Part shown: piece after piece, positions 1 through 9,785 of the stretch
Position numbering within the stretch: the stretch's first letter is position 1
Layout of the letters: each line of letters opens with the position of its first letter
Assembly: GCA_965205025.1 (NCBI GenBank)
Contig: CBDBFU010000030.1
Coordinates: 1 to 64,000, forward strand
Direction: 5' to 3'
DNA from: Candidatus Poribacteria bacterium
GTDB taxonomy: Bacteria; Poribacteria; WGA-4E; WGA-3G
Length of the DNA stretch: 64,000 bases
Position numbers and translations under genes: made by a program
The notes under the pieces: model-generated
The model's input: the letters and a program-made list of their open reading frames with translations, nothing else
Database searches by the model: none
What the model was told of the DNA's origin: nothing

Positions 1-635
1 AGTATTCTGACCTTTTTCGGATTAGCATCCCGTTGTGTTGGTTGAAAAGTCTCTAAATTTACACCATCAGGAATAACTTTAATTTTCATGTTAGAATCTG
101 TTTCATAAGCAAGATCCCGAAGACCATCGCTACATGAAACAACCATCGCAGCATTATCCCAGATACTTCTAATGATAGGCTTCAAAACCATGTATAACCA
201 ACGATAATACGGGGGATCAGGATTTGGACGGGGGACGTCTCTCCCTCCCAAAAATACAACATAAGGCACATTATTGTACTTTTGTAAAAGGTAGGCACCA
301 CCACCGGCAGGAATACCGAAGAAAACTTGAACGATATCTGGTTTATATTTTTTTGCGAATTTTAAACCATAAAAACTGGAACTTATGGCATAAGTAAACA
401 TCTCATGTACTGCACAGACATTCGGGTTTTTACGCAAAGCACGTACACGGTGGACATGAATATCATCCATTACTTCCATCCTTGGACAATTGCGAAATTG
501 TGAGGTAATTAGATGTACTTCATGTCCTGCTGCTGCAAAATGTTTACCTAAGAAATAACTTACCTGACCACCTCCACCACCAATTGGTGGAAACTCGTGG
601 TTGAACATCAATATTCTTCGTTGTGGGGAACTCAA
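1..635 (-). CDS. Glycosyltransferase family 4 (GT-B); runs off the window start
   Basis: Not in ORF track. Manual translation from TTG at 635 gives MSSPQRRILMFNHEFPPIGGGGGQVSYFLGKHFAAAGHEVHLITS...IKVIPDGVNLETF, a typical GT4 N-terminal domain. Confidence 0.85.
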   Translation of the reverse strand, partial: MSSPQRRILMFNHEFPPIGGGGGQVSYFLGKHFAAAGHEVHLITSQFRNCPRMEVMDDIHVHRVRALRKNPNVCAVHEMFTYAISSSFYGLKFAKKYKPDIVQVFFGIPAGGGAYLLQKYNNVPYVVFLGGRDVPRPNPDPPYYRWLYMVLKPIIRSIWDNAAMVVSCSDGLRDLAYETDSNMKIKVIPDGVNLETFQPTQRDANPKKVRI

Positions 636-661
636 ATAATTACCCGAACCTTAGGTAATAC

Positions 662-1546
662 CTATTTTCTATTTTCAACCAATTCAACTGCATACTGTAT
701 CATTTTCTCTGCGATATTTATACCCGTGACAGATTCCAATTCCTCAAACCCAGGTGAAGGATTTACCTCCAAGATGACAGGTCCATCTTTAGTTTGGAGC
801 AAATCCACCCCAGCGATACCTAATTCTAACGCTGACGCAGCGGCAATAGCTATTTGACTATATTCATCAGTCAATGCCATTGTCTGACCATTTGCTCCTT
901 GATGAATGTTTGCCCGAAATTCCCCTGGAATAGCACACCTTTTCATTGCCCCAATTACTTCTCCGCCAATAATTAGAATCCGAATGTCAACACCTGCTGC
1001 CTCTTGTACAAACGACTGAATAACATAATCACGATGGAGGTCACACATTGTTTCAACTGCGGACTTCAGGGAAACAGGTGTATCCAATAACATCACTCCT
1101 ATTCCGTGTGTTCCATAGAAGGGTTTCATAATATACGGATAATCCCCTAAATCTTCAACTGCAAGATCTAAAAATGATGCAGAACCGACAGTAAGACTTG
1201 TGGGTATTGGTAATCCATGTTCAGCGAGGATTCGTAAAGAACGAAACTTGTGACGTGCTGTCTCAATGGCACTCGAAGAATTAACAACAGGAGTTCCCAA
1301 CCATTCAAAATGTGAAAGAACTTCTATACCATATTTTGCTGTTGCACTTGATAGGCGTGGTATAACAACATCAATTTCTTCAGAAGGAATTCCGTCATAG
1401 GAAATTTTGGGACCGGCACCACCAATTTGGAGATAGAAACCGAAAGGATCTCTAACTGTAGGAGTGTGTCCTGCTTTTTCAGCAGCTGTAACGAGACTAC
1501 GTGTTGAGTGGTTCTCTGGACCCCGGGACAGGATGGTAATATTCAT
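662..1546 (-). CDS. rimK: RimK-family ATP-grasp alpha-L-glutamate ligase
   Basis: Motifs VIPR, KP..GTHG.GV, DIRILIIGGEVIGAMKR...EFRANIHQG, GVDLL...LEVNPSPG. Confidence 0.88.
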   Translation of the reverse strand: MNITILSRGPENHSTRSLVTAAEKAGHTPTVRDPFGFYLQIGGAGPKISYDGIPSEEIDVVIPRLSSATAKYGIEVLSHFEWLGTPVVNSSSAIETARHKFRSLRILAEHGLPIPTSLTVGSASFLDLAVEDLGDYPYIMKPFYGTHGIGVMLLDTPVSLKSAVETMCDLHRDYVIQSFVQEAAGVDIRILIIGGEVIGAMKRCAIPGEFRANIHQGANGQTMALTDEYSQIAIAAASALELGIAGVDLLQTKDGPVILEVNPSPGFEELESVTGINIAEKMIQYAVELVENRK

Positions 1547-1650
1547 AGTTAATAACTTTCAGTTATCAGTCTCGGTTTTAAGTAAAAATAAACTGTATAG
1601 GACAAACCGTAAACTATCACTGACAAATAACAAAACAACAATATTTTAAT

Positions 1651-2682
1651 TCAACTATTTGAGTATGTAACATCAAGAAAGTCGTTTAACTCTTCAAAGG
1701 TATCAAAAATACGATCACATAAGTTCTCAAAGAATATACTACGCGTCTCATTGTATACAGCGTATACGGGTTTATTATGTCGGGTAGCGTAGTTCATTTC
1801 ACTAAGAACACCAGGAGAAAGTTTATCCGTAGGATAAATCACCACGACGAAATCACTTTGATGTACAAATTGATAATCCCTGGAAATAGTACGCGTTTTT
1901 ATCTGTTCGATCACATCATCGTCCAACTCACTCATTGTTTCAGGTACATTTAACATTTCGTCATCACTTGATTCTTTTGAGGATGTTACGAGTGCCATAT
2001 CCTTAATTGCTAAAGGATCGAAACAGATATAAGATTGTGAGAGTATTTCACCTAACTCTCGAATTCTCTTTATTTCCTCTGGTGTGTCTCTTAAAAGTGT
2101 AATTGGATAACTGAGATAAAATTTCGGTCTGTCAGAAAATAGCAATTCATAGAAATTAGCAAGGTCATGTTGTCTTGCGACGGTGTAGTGTGGTTTTTCT
2201 GTGAGGTGTGCAAGTTGTCTTGTCAGGAATTCTTCCTCGTCTAACCAGACATTGAGTGCAGCTTTTCCAAGACCAGACCATTGTGTACTTTTCTCCATAC
2301 GACCAAAAATATCCGCAATATTGTCAACGACGTTAATATACATGTCTGCTGGTAATATCTCTATATCCTTAAATGAAAAACCTTCAAGTAGACTACCGCG
2401 CCAACGAAAACATGTGTGTAAACCTAAGATTGCATGTTCATAATCTTTGGCATCTCTCGCTATTTCATAAAACGCAGTTCGACGGGCTAAAGATAGGACT
2501 GCTGGATCGGAATCAAGGACTTTTTCAGTGAAATGGACGCGTGATTCTGCAGCAACACGATGCATATAATCACCCACATTGAAAAAACCTATGTTAAGTT
2601 CTCTCTGCAAACATAGTGCTTCAAAATCTTTAATTAATTCTTTTCGTCCTGAACAACTTATACCTGTACAGAATATGTTCAT
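1651..2682 (-). CDS. Archaeal-type adenylate-kinase-like domain fused to a nucleoside 2'-deoxyribosyltransferase (NDT/DNPH1)-like domain
   Basis: N-terminal TGISCSGR degenerate P-loop and NVGDYM. C-terminal FYLSYP, FDP, RD..FV.QSDFVV, SPGVLSEMNYA...KPVY. Confidence 0.6.
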   Translation of the reverse strand: MNIFCTGISCSGRKELIKDFEALCLQRELNIGFFNVGDYMHRVAAESRVHFTEKVLDSDPAVLSLARRTAFYEIARDAKDYEHAILGLHTCFRWRGSLLEGFSFKDIEILPADMYINVVDNIADIFGRMEKSTQWSGLGKAALNVWLDEEEFLTRQLAHLTEKPHYTVARQHDLANFYELLFSDRPKFYLSYPITLLRDTPEEIKRIRELGEILSQSYICFDPLAIKDMALVTSSKESSDDEMLNVPETMSELDDDVIEQIKTRTISRDYQFVHQSDFVVVIYPTDKLSPGVLSEMNYATRHNKPVYAVYNETRSIFFENLCDRIFDTFEELNDFLDVTYSNS

Positions 2683-2950
2683 GGGTTGTAGCCTTTAGTT
2701 ATTTGAAACTCCGCTACTCAAATCTTATTATGCTTCAAATCTCTAAAAATATCACGTAGTTTTATCGCTATTTCCTTAATAGTTCCTTCATCACCAAGAC
2801 TAAGCAATCCATCTTTTTAGTTTTTGGAGGACGGCACGTGGAACGTTCCTACTACTATGCATATCGGTTTCGCTTTGCTCTATCCGACAGTCGGATATTA
2901 GATTTTATTAGACCAATTTCCACTCACAATTAAATCGTTATAATGTCTAT

Positions 2951-3445
2951 TCACTCAGTATCCTCTGTCCCCTCAAGATCAGTTAGGTCTTCAACATCAG
3001 CAATATCCGCTAACATTCGAGAGAATTTACGCAATTCCTCCTGTAGTGTAGCCAATTCGTCGCGAAAAACGGAGCGTTCTGTTTCATCCTCAAAGTCTCC
3101 TGCTATACTTTTTCGGTGCCACTTTGCGGTAAAAGGACGAACCACTTGGTTAAGAACAACAATTGCGATTTTTGTAAAGTTAATACACTCCGGTCCATAT
3201 TCTCTGATAACTTCTCTTGTAGTTGCGAACAGTGAATACACACTATCTAAAGCTGTTTTTTCATCACCGTGTTGAATGGACAATGGTTGTGTCGTAATCC
3301 GTGTAAGCAATTCAATATAGAGTGCCCAAGCGGCATTTTTATCCGCAGGTTTTGGAGTCCACTCCATTTGTAGAAATGGCGGCGTGATTTTCAAAGATGT
3401 CATTCCCCATTTTTCAAGCAAGTTTGAGAAATTCATTTGTACCAC
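2951..3445 (-). CDS. Hypothetical protein (helical)
   Basis: 164-aa ORF with GAGAGG SD-like sequence upstream of the GTG; protein-like composition. Confidence 0.7.
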   Translation of the reverse strand: MVQMNFSNLLEKWGMTSLKITPPFLQMEWTPKPADKNAAWALYIELLTRITTQPLSIQHGDEKTALDSVYSLFATTREVIREYGPECINFTKIAIVVLNQVVRPFTAKWHRKSIAGDFEDETERSVFRDELATLQEELRKFSRMLADIADVEDLTDLEGTEDTE

Positions 3446-3569
3446 CTCTCACCATGACGATTATTAAAATCTGTTTCGGTAATTCATCTAATTCTGTCCT
3501 TCACTGCTGTGTTGATATGTTTTGTGTCTCCTTGTATTCTTGCCAATATATTTACCTAATATGCAATTA

Positions 3570-4370
3570 CTATTCCCTATCCGCTGCTAAGGATTTTAGT
3601 TTTGCGAGTGCTTCCTGTTCCTCTTTTATCCACGGACGGTGCGCGGGTTTCTCCAATCTTTGTCCTGGACCGCTGAACACAAGGATATATGCCCTCCGTT
3701 CTTGGTCTGTACTGTTTGGTGCAGAATAGTGTAATGTTCTACAGTGATGAAATGTGGCACCACCCGCAGGAATAGGACACACCACCGCTTCAGATGGGTC
3801 AACATCATCGGTAATTAAACCGTGTACAAGAGGATCGTTGTTGATATGACGATGCCAACGAACTTCACCTTTGTGTGACTTCGGGATAAAATGGAGACAT
3901 CCACTTTCAACGGTAGCCTTGTCGAGTGGAAGCCAAACACTCAAACTATGAGGTAAGACTTCAGGATTCCAGTATGCTTCGTCTTGGTGCCAAGGAGTTT
4001 CATTTCCATAGTTTGCAGGTTTTAATATCATGTGTCCACCACCACCAACCTTTTCTTGTTCCTCTCCAAGTAGTTTTGCAGCGAGTCTCTGAGCATTTTT
4101 AAAATAGATTGTTTCTCTGAGTTCTGGAAACTGTGCTTCAGGACCTAAAACCTGTGGTAATGTCTCTCGTCCATTATGTGCGCGTGGACCTGCTAAATCG
4201 AAATAGCGTCCCTGGTCTTCACCTGTGCGATTTGTGAAGAGTTCATCATATATGCCTTTTAGCCATTCGATCTCTTCATCTGTGGTAATACGCGGAATGC
4301 TAAGATATCCGTTTTCTTGAAAGAAACTAAGCTCTTTTTCAGTCACATCTACATGAAAGTTATTATTCAT
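3570..4370 (-). CDS. Phytanoyl-CoA dioxygenase (PhyH) family Fe(II)/2OG dioxygenase
   Basis: FQENGYL, TPWHQD (HxD), WLPLDKATVESGCL, TLHYS, distal RR. Confidence 0.9.
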   Translation of the reverse strand: MNNNFHVDVTEKELSFFQENGYLSIPRITTDEEIEWLKGIYDELFTNRTGEDQGRYFDLAGPRAHNGRETLPQVLGPEAQFPELRETIYFKNAQRLAAKLLGEEQEKVGGGGHMILKPANYGNETPWHQDEAYWNPEVLPHSLSVWLPLDKATVESGCLHFIPKSHKGEVRWHRHINNDPLVHGLITDDVDPSEAVVCPIPAGGATFHHCRTLHYSAPNSTDQERRAYILVFSGPGQRLEKPAHRPWIKEEQEALAKLKSLAADRE

Positions 4371-4377
4371 TTTATTA

Positions 4378-6210
4378 TCACCGAATTATAATTTCAAAAG
4401 GTAAAGCGGTAACTACCCGTTCAGTTTGGAATACAGTTAAAAGTGCTGTCAACTGATTCCAATGTTTTTTTAGCATAGACAATGTCGGATTATGTTGGGC
4501 AACTTGCAATGGGAATGGATTAGATAAGGATGCCTCATCCTCTAACAAACTTTCAAATATTTGCTCAAAAAATGTCTTTTGTTCTGGGAGTATCATCAAT
4601 CCTAACTTATCTTCATCCGTAAATCCTGCTTTTTTCTTTGCAATAGATATTGCGGTATCAAGACCACCAAGTTCATCAATTAGACCAATTTCTTTTGCTT
4701 GTTTCCCTGTCCACACCCTTCCTTGTGCAATCGCCTCAATTTCTTCAAATGACATATTCCTACCAGATGCAGCCTTATCGACGAATTCGTGATAAATAGT
4801 ATGCATCATTTTCTGAATCCGTTCACGTTCGGTAGGAGTGAAATTGCCGTAATCTGAATATATCGTAGCATTTTTTCCGTGTGTAATTATTTCTTTTGTT
4901 AAACCGAGTTTATTATAAAGTCCCTTCATATTTAACTTGCCACCATAAACACCTATTGAACCCGTAAGAGTTCCTGGATGGGCTACAATAGTACCGGCAG
5001 CCATTGATATGTAATATCCTCCAGAAGCAGCAACATTTGCCATAGACACAACTACAGGTTTCTCGCGTTGTGTCAACATTACTTCCCGCCATATCAAATC
5101 AGAAGCAATTGCAGAACCTCCTGGACTATCAACACGTAATACAACTACCTTAACAGAATCGTCGGAACGTGCCTTTTGGAATGCTTTGGATAATGATTTA
5201 GGAGTGATGACTGACATTGTAGAAAAGGATGAACCGAGATCTGGTAAAATTGGACCGCTTGCATAGATGAGTGCAAGTTGATTTGCAGCTGGACGTCGTC
5301 TTGCCCGTTGAGGTGGGTTTAGCATACTAAAAAACTGCATTAATCCGGTAAAACTGTTCATATTGGGCATCTTACGTTTCTTTTCATCCGGTTCAACGAC
5401 CTCAACCATCTCATCTTCATTCTCTTGATTTTTGATATTTTCTAAAAGTTGGTCATAGTAAAGCAAATCATCTACAAGACTAAAATTATGAGCTTCTTGT
5501 GCAACAAAAGGACCGTTATCAATCAACTCAGCAGCCCTTTCAGGTGTAATCCCCTTTCTACCCGCAGCAATCTTTTCCAGCATTTGTGTATATAAGTCGT
5601 CCAGTATCCCTGTCATAGATTGTCTAAAAGAATCAGACATAGTGTCTCGAATGTATGGTTCAACTCCAGATTTAAACTCACCCATGGAAAGCATATCTGC
5701 TTCAATATCCAATTTGTCCAAAAGTCCTTTGAAGAATAGAATTTCGGATCGCAACCCTGTTAGATTGAGACTCCCAGTTGGCATCAGGACAATTCTATCC
5801 ATGGTAGTAGCGAGAAGGTATTCGGCATTACCTCCACCTTCAAGATAACCGATCATCTCCTTTTCTGACTTTCTAAGTTCAATTAATTTTGCCCGGATTT
5901 CTTGAAGATTTCCCCATCCTATTCCAATGTTACCTATCTTAAAAATGATACCTGCAATGTCATCATCATTCTTTAATGTATCCAATTTCCGAAATAGACT
6001 ACGAAGTGTCTTGGATGATGCAGTGCCTAAAAAGTTTACATCTCTTGTATCAGTGAACGTACCACTGAGTGAAAATTCAACATATTTTTTTACTGATTCT
6101 TCTATCTCTTCGGTATCTTCAGCATGTTCATCTGCAGACAATGGTAGAACAATTGTAATAGAGATAAAAAGTAATATGATTGTCTGACAAATGGTTTTAA
6201 TCTTGTACAT
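4378..6210 (-). CDS. sppA: Signal peptide peptidase SppA (protease IV, S49)
   Basis: Two S49 domains; LRVDSPGGS, AASGGYY, TGSIGV, AQGRVWTG, GLIDELGG. Confidence 0.93.
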   Translation of the reverse strand: MYKIKTICQTIILLFISITIVLPLSADEHAEDTEEIEESVKKYVEFSLSGTFTDTRDVNFLGTASSKTLRSLFRKLDTLKNDDDIAGIIFKIGNIGIGWGNLQEIRAKLIELRKSEKEMIGYLEGGGNAEYLLATTMDRIVLMPTGSLNLTGLRSEILFFKGLLDKLDIEADMLSMGEFKSGVEPYIRDTMSDSFRQSMTGILDDLYTQMLEKIAAGRKGITPERAAELIDNGPFVAQEAHNFSLVDDLLYYDQLLENIKNQENEDEMVEVVEPDEKKRKMPNMNSFTGLMQFFSMLNPPQRARRRPAANQLALIYASGPILPDLGSSFSTMSVITPKSLSKAFQKARSDDSVKVVVLRVDSPGGSAIASDLIWREVMLTQREKPVVVSMANVAASGGYYISMAAGTIVAHPGTLTGSIGVYGGKLNMKGLYNKLGLTKEIITHGKNATIYSDYGNFTPTERERIQKMMHTIYHEFVDKAASGRNMSFEEIEAIAQGRVWTGKQAKEIGLIDELGGLDTAISIAKKKAGFTDEDKLGLMILPEQKTFFEQIFESLLEDEASLSNPFPLQVAQHNPTLSMLKKHWNQLTALLTVFQTERVVTALPFEIIIR

Positions 6211-6468
6211 TGTTACTCCTTATGGATAGTATATTGGCACTATTGGAAGGATTTACATAATATTATATCATAGGAGGTAGCATGTCAACCAATAAGTTTG
6301 ATGATGCAACCATTTGGTATCTGCTTCTATGCTTAATGTAATCATAGGTTAACTTATTAGACCATGGAGAATTAAATTACTCTGTGAGAGCGGTGGGTCG
6401 GAATTGGTAATCTCTAAGTGTAATTATGGGTTAAAGATGAATGTATCTTTTAAATTGCTTGATCCAGA

Positions 6469-7770
6469 TCAAATACTCACTGTCTTTCTTAGTATCAGCA
6501 GAAACTCAGACTTCATCCCTTCAGGATTTTTGTTTTTTCGTGTACTAAAAAGTTGACGTGTTTTAATACGATCTTCATAGACCTTTTCAAATGTGAACCC
6601 GCGTTCTGTGAAGTATTCTGATATTATTCGCCACAATTCAACTTCTATCCCATCAATACGAGGATTCCCAACGAAAACACAAGCAACCCCATTCGGTTTC
6701 AATTGGTTAATTGAATTCTCAAGCGCATTCAGAGTATGACAAAAATAGGAGTCCAGACGATTGCATAAATCTTTACGCGTTAGTTTGTTTCTGACAATAT
6801 CTAATGAAGGTGTGTGAACAATATTATCTGATTTTCGATATGGTATTTCAAGTCGAGATAATTGTTTAATCTCATCATCGTTATGACCTAACCAATAGAG
6901 ATCCATCTTAGTAGAACGTATATACTCTTGTGCTTGAAGATAAGGTGGGGATGTAATTAAAGCATCATACTCACGAGATACTGTGAAATTTGAGGAATCA
7001 ACACCTCCATAATACTCAACCTGATTCCCATGTGATTGTGTCAATGTCAGAAAATCATTGAGTTTTTTTAATGTGATTAATGTATGGTCATATACGATCT
7101 GAATTAATTGGTCTCGCCAATTTGTTTGTAGAAGTTCGTCTATAGACGCTAATTTCCGTTTTGATCTTGCAAGTTTCGGTGTTCTATGTTCTGTATAAGA
7201 GAAACGTTTACTAACCTTCAACAATGCTGTTTTTATGATCCGTGTATATATATTGTCTTCAATGTTATAGATATAACCCCAATATTGAGATAACAATTTT
7301 AGGATTTCTGGGGCATACCAATATTCAACATTTGACCAAGCGGGGATAAACTGGTTTTTATAATCGGTCTGCATCTCCTCCAGTAGTGTGTGCAAATGTT
7401 CTTTACGTAACAGGTCTTTACCCTGAAAAACCTTCATCGGCATAAGGTGATTTAGAAGTAAATTGAGATCCAATAGGACGGCGTTCCGTTTGCATAGATA
7501 TGCTTCAACACCCACAGTTCCTGAACCTGCAAACGGATCAACTATCCAATCATCCTCTTTGGTATATGTGCTTATTGCATATCGAACAACTTGTGGAATG
7601 AACTTTGCTGGATAGGATACAATAGCGTGAGTCAAGTAACCGGTATCAGTAATTTCTGGAACTAATTCCCGGAAAGAGACTAATTCTATCCCATCAGATG
7701 CTACGGTTTTTTTTGGGATAACAGATTCGGTTTTTACCGGCACAAACTTCTCAGGAAAATAGATTTGCAA
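6469..7770 (-). CDS. DNA amino-methyltransferase (probably N4-cytosine), no adjacent restriction gene
   Basis: YPAKFIP, motif I DPFAGSGT preceding motif IV TSPPY. Confidence 0.85.
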   Translation of the reverse strand: MQIYFPEKFVPVKTESVIPKKTVASDGIELVSFRELVPEITDTGYLTHAIVSYPAKFIPQVVRYAISTYTKEDDWIVDPFAGSGTVGVEAYLCKRNAVLLDLNLLLNHLMPMKVFQGKDLLRKEHLHTLLEEMQTDYKNQFIPAWSNVEYWYAPEILKLLSQYWGYIYNIEDNIYTRIIKTALLKVSKRFSYTEHRTPKLARSKRKLASIDELLQTNWRDQLIQIVYDHTLITLKKLNDFLTLTQSHGNQVEYYGGVDSSNFTVSREYDALITSPPYLQAQEYIRSTKMDLYWLGHNDDEIKQLSRLEIPYRKSDNIVHTPSLDIVRNKLTRKDLCNRLDSYFCHTLNALENSINQLKPNGVACVFVGNPRIDGIEVELWRIISEYFTERGFTFEKVYEDRIKTRQLFSTRKNKNPEGMKSEFLLILRKTVSI

Positions 7771-7863
7771 TCTTCACTAACTCCATTCTGGTATAATAAA
7801 AAGAAAGTCACCAAAAATTGGTGACTTGGATATAATACTATCATCTGGTTTTTGTTATGAAGG

Positions 7864-8349
7864 TTATCGTTTTCGCTGTGGGAGGGGTTCCGTAAATTCC
7901 TCACCACGTGCTTCAGCCTCTGTTTTTCTTTTTTCCCATTCTTCAATTTCACGATAAACTAAGTTTCTACCTTCTTCCCTACCTACTTCCCTACCTTCTT
8001 CTCTACCTACTTCCCTACCTTCTTCTCTACCTTCTTCTCTACCCACTTCCAAGCCTTCTGCTCTTGCTTGTGCCCTAATTTCTCTTTCTCTCTGGATTGC
8101 TTCTCTGAAACGTCTTAACATAATATCCACTCCTTCACCAATAACAATCATCACCGTTGATGAAGCAACTATTTTTGAGATATGCTCCCCGACAAAATAG
8201 AATGAATCAATTACTTTGTAATTCTTGAGAAGACATTGATGGAAAATAATACCAATAGTAAGGACAATAATATAGAAGCAGAACCACAATATTGTGTTTT
8301 CAGCATCTTTGACAGTAAATATGGATGATCTCTTGTTCTTTTCCTCCAC
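7864..8349 (-). CDS. Small membrane protein with C-terminal GREE/GREV repeats
   Basis: Hydrophobic N-terminal segments followed by (GREE/GREV)n; internal AAGGAG-N8-ATG at 8121. Confidence 0.7.
   Translation of the reverse strand: MEEKNKRSSIFTVKDAENTILWFCFYIIVLTIGIIFHQCLLKNYKVIDSFYFVGEHISKIVASSTVMIVIGEGVDIMLRRFREAIQREREIRAQARAEGLEVGREEGREEGREVGREEGREVGREEGRNLVYREIEEWEKRKTEAEARGEEFTEPLPQRKR
7967..8059. repeat. 12-bp-period coding tandem repeat (GREE/GREV)
   Basis: ctaccttcttct / ctacctacttcc units, about 7 copies. Confidence 0.9.
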
Positions 8350-8618
8350 AATGATTTCTTCTCTAATTACATTCCCTTAGATCTGTTTAAGTAAGATAAC
8401 ATGCTATATGATATATTTCAAGTGAAAAATATCAATAACAGAACGAGTCAAGTCTGACATAAATGACCTATACTCTGATACATATAAGATTTACAGACTT
8501 GCATAGAATGTTTCATTACCAGAAATTCCACACGGATTCAAAGTTATTCTACCTAACTTATCCTCTGATTACTGTCTGTGAAATAGTTGATATTTTGCCA
8601 GTTAACTTATGAATTCTA

Positions 8619-9785
8619 TTATTGTAATTCTTCCTCAGTCAAATTGAACTCAAACACATCTTCATCCTCTTCGGCTTCCGTATCAACTTCAGTTGGGGTA
8701 ATCTGTTGAACAGTATCAGAAGGTGTTTCTTCCTCCTGAGTTTCAAGTTTTGGCGCACTTGCTCCAAGAATTGTCAGCCCAACAATCGCGACTACACATA
8801 CACTCGTAACCGTCAAAGCGATAGGACGTTTCCATAATACTTCACGTTCACCTCTATCTAAAAAAGGAAGAAATAATAGTAATAACATCCCTACTGTTGG
8901 AATGACGAAAGTCCCGATAATCTCAAATGGACCTTGGAAATACTTTAGGAGTTGAAATAGGAATAGGAAATACCACTCGGGACGTGGATCGTATTCTGCA
9001 TTAGTAGGATCAGCAACATCTTCAAGTGGGACAGGAGCAAAAAGCGCTGCACATGCGAGTATAATAAAGAGTATCAGCATGCCGACTACATCTTCAAATA
9101 CTTGATCAGGATAGAATGGCTTACCTGCTTTCATCTCCTCTGGAGTATTATTCGGTTTACCAGAAGATCCGTAGAATCGAACTAAGAAAAGATGTATACC
9201 TACCAGACTAAATGCTATCCAAGGTAACCATATTGTGTGTAGTGCATAAAACCGGGACAAGGTAACAGCACCAATTTCAGTTCCACCCCGGAACACTTTC
9301 GCAACGACATCTCCCAACCCTGGGGCAGTACTTGCTATTTCAACACCAACAACTGTTGCCCAATACGCCTTTTCATCCCATGGTAGTAGATAACCTGTAA
9401 ACCCGAAACCGAGTACAACCAATAGGAGTAGAACACCAACTACCCATGTCAGTTCGCGTGGTTTTTTGTAGGATCCGTATAGAACAACACGGAGTAGGTG
9501 TAGAAATACAATAACAACCATGGCACTCGCACCCCAATGGTGTAACCCGCGTACGAAACTACCAAACGGAACTTCCTCAGTAATATACTTAACGGCGTTA
9601 TGAGCATGGTCAGGTGAAGGAGAATAAGACAAGGCAAGGAATGCCCCAGTAGCAGCTTGTAGCAGCAGTAGAAACATGGCTAAGCTGCCTAATGAAAAGA
9701 GAAGGTTTATATGTTTAGGTAAAGGCTTACGCAAATGTGCCATCACCTCACCTAATGGAAGGCGATCATTAAGGAACTGAATCAT
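8619..9785 (-). CDS. qcrB: Cytochrome b of a bc/b6f-type complex (b6 and subunit IV domains in one chain)
   Basis: RGLHHWGAS...HLLR, GFTGYLLPWD..AYWA, RFYALH, PFYP, PEWY. Confidence 0.93.
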   Translation of the reverse strand: MIQFLNDRLPLGEVMAHLRKPLPKHINLLFSLGSLAMFLLLLQAATGAFLALSYSPSPDHAHNAVKYITEEVPFGSFVRGLHHWGASAMVVIVFLHLLRVVLYGSYKKPRELTWVVGVLLLLVVLGFGFTGYLLPWDEKAYWATVVGVEIASTAPGLGDVVAKVFRGGTEIGAVTLSRFYALHTIWLPWIAFSLVGIHLFLVRFYGSSGKPNNTPEEMKAGKPFYPDQVFEDVVGMLILFIILACAALFAPVPLEDVADPTNAEYDPRPEWYFLFLFQLLKYFQGPFEIIGTFVIPTVGMLLLLFLPFLDRGEREVLWKRPIALTVTSVCVVAIVGLTILGASAPKLETQEEETPSDTVQQITPTEVDTEAEEDEDVFEFNLTEEELQ

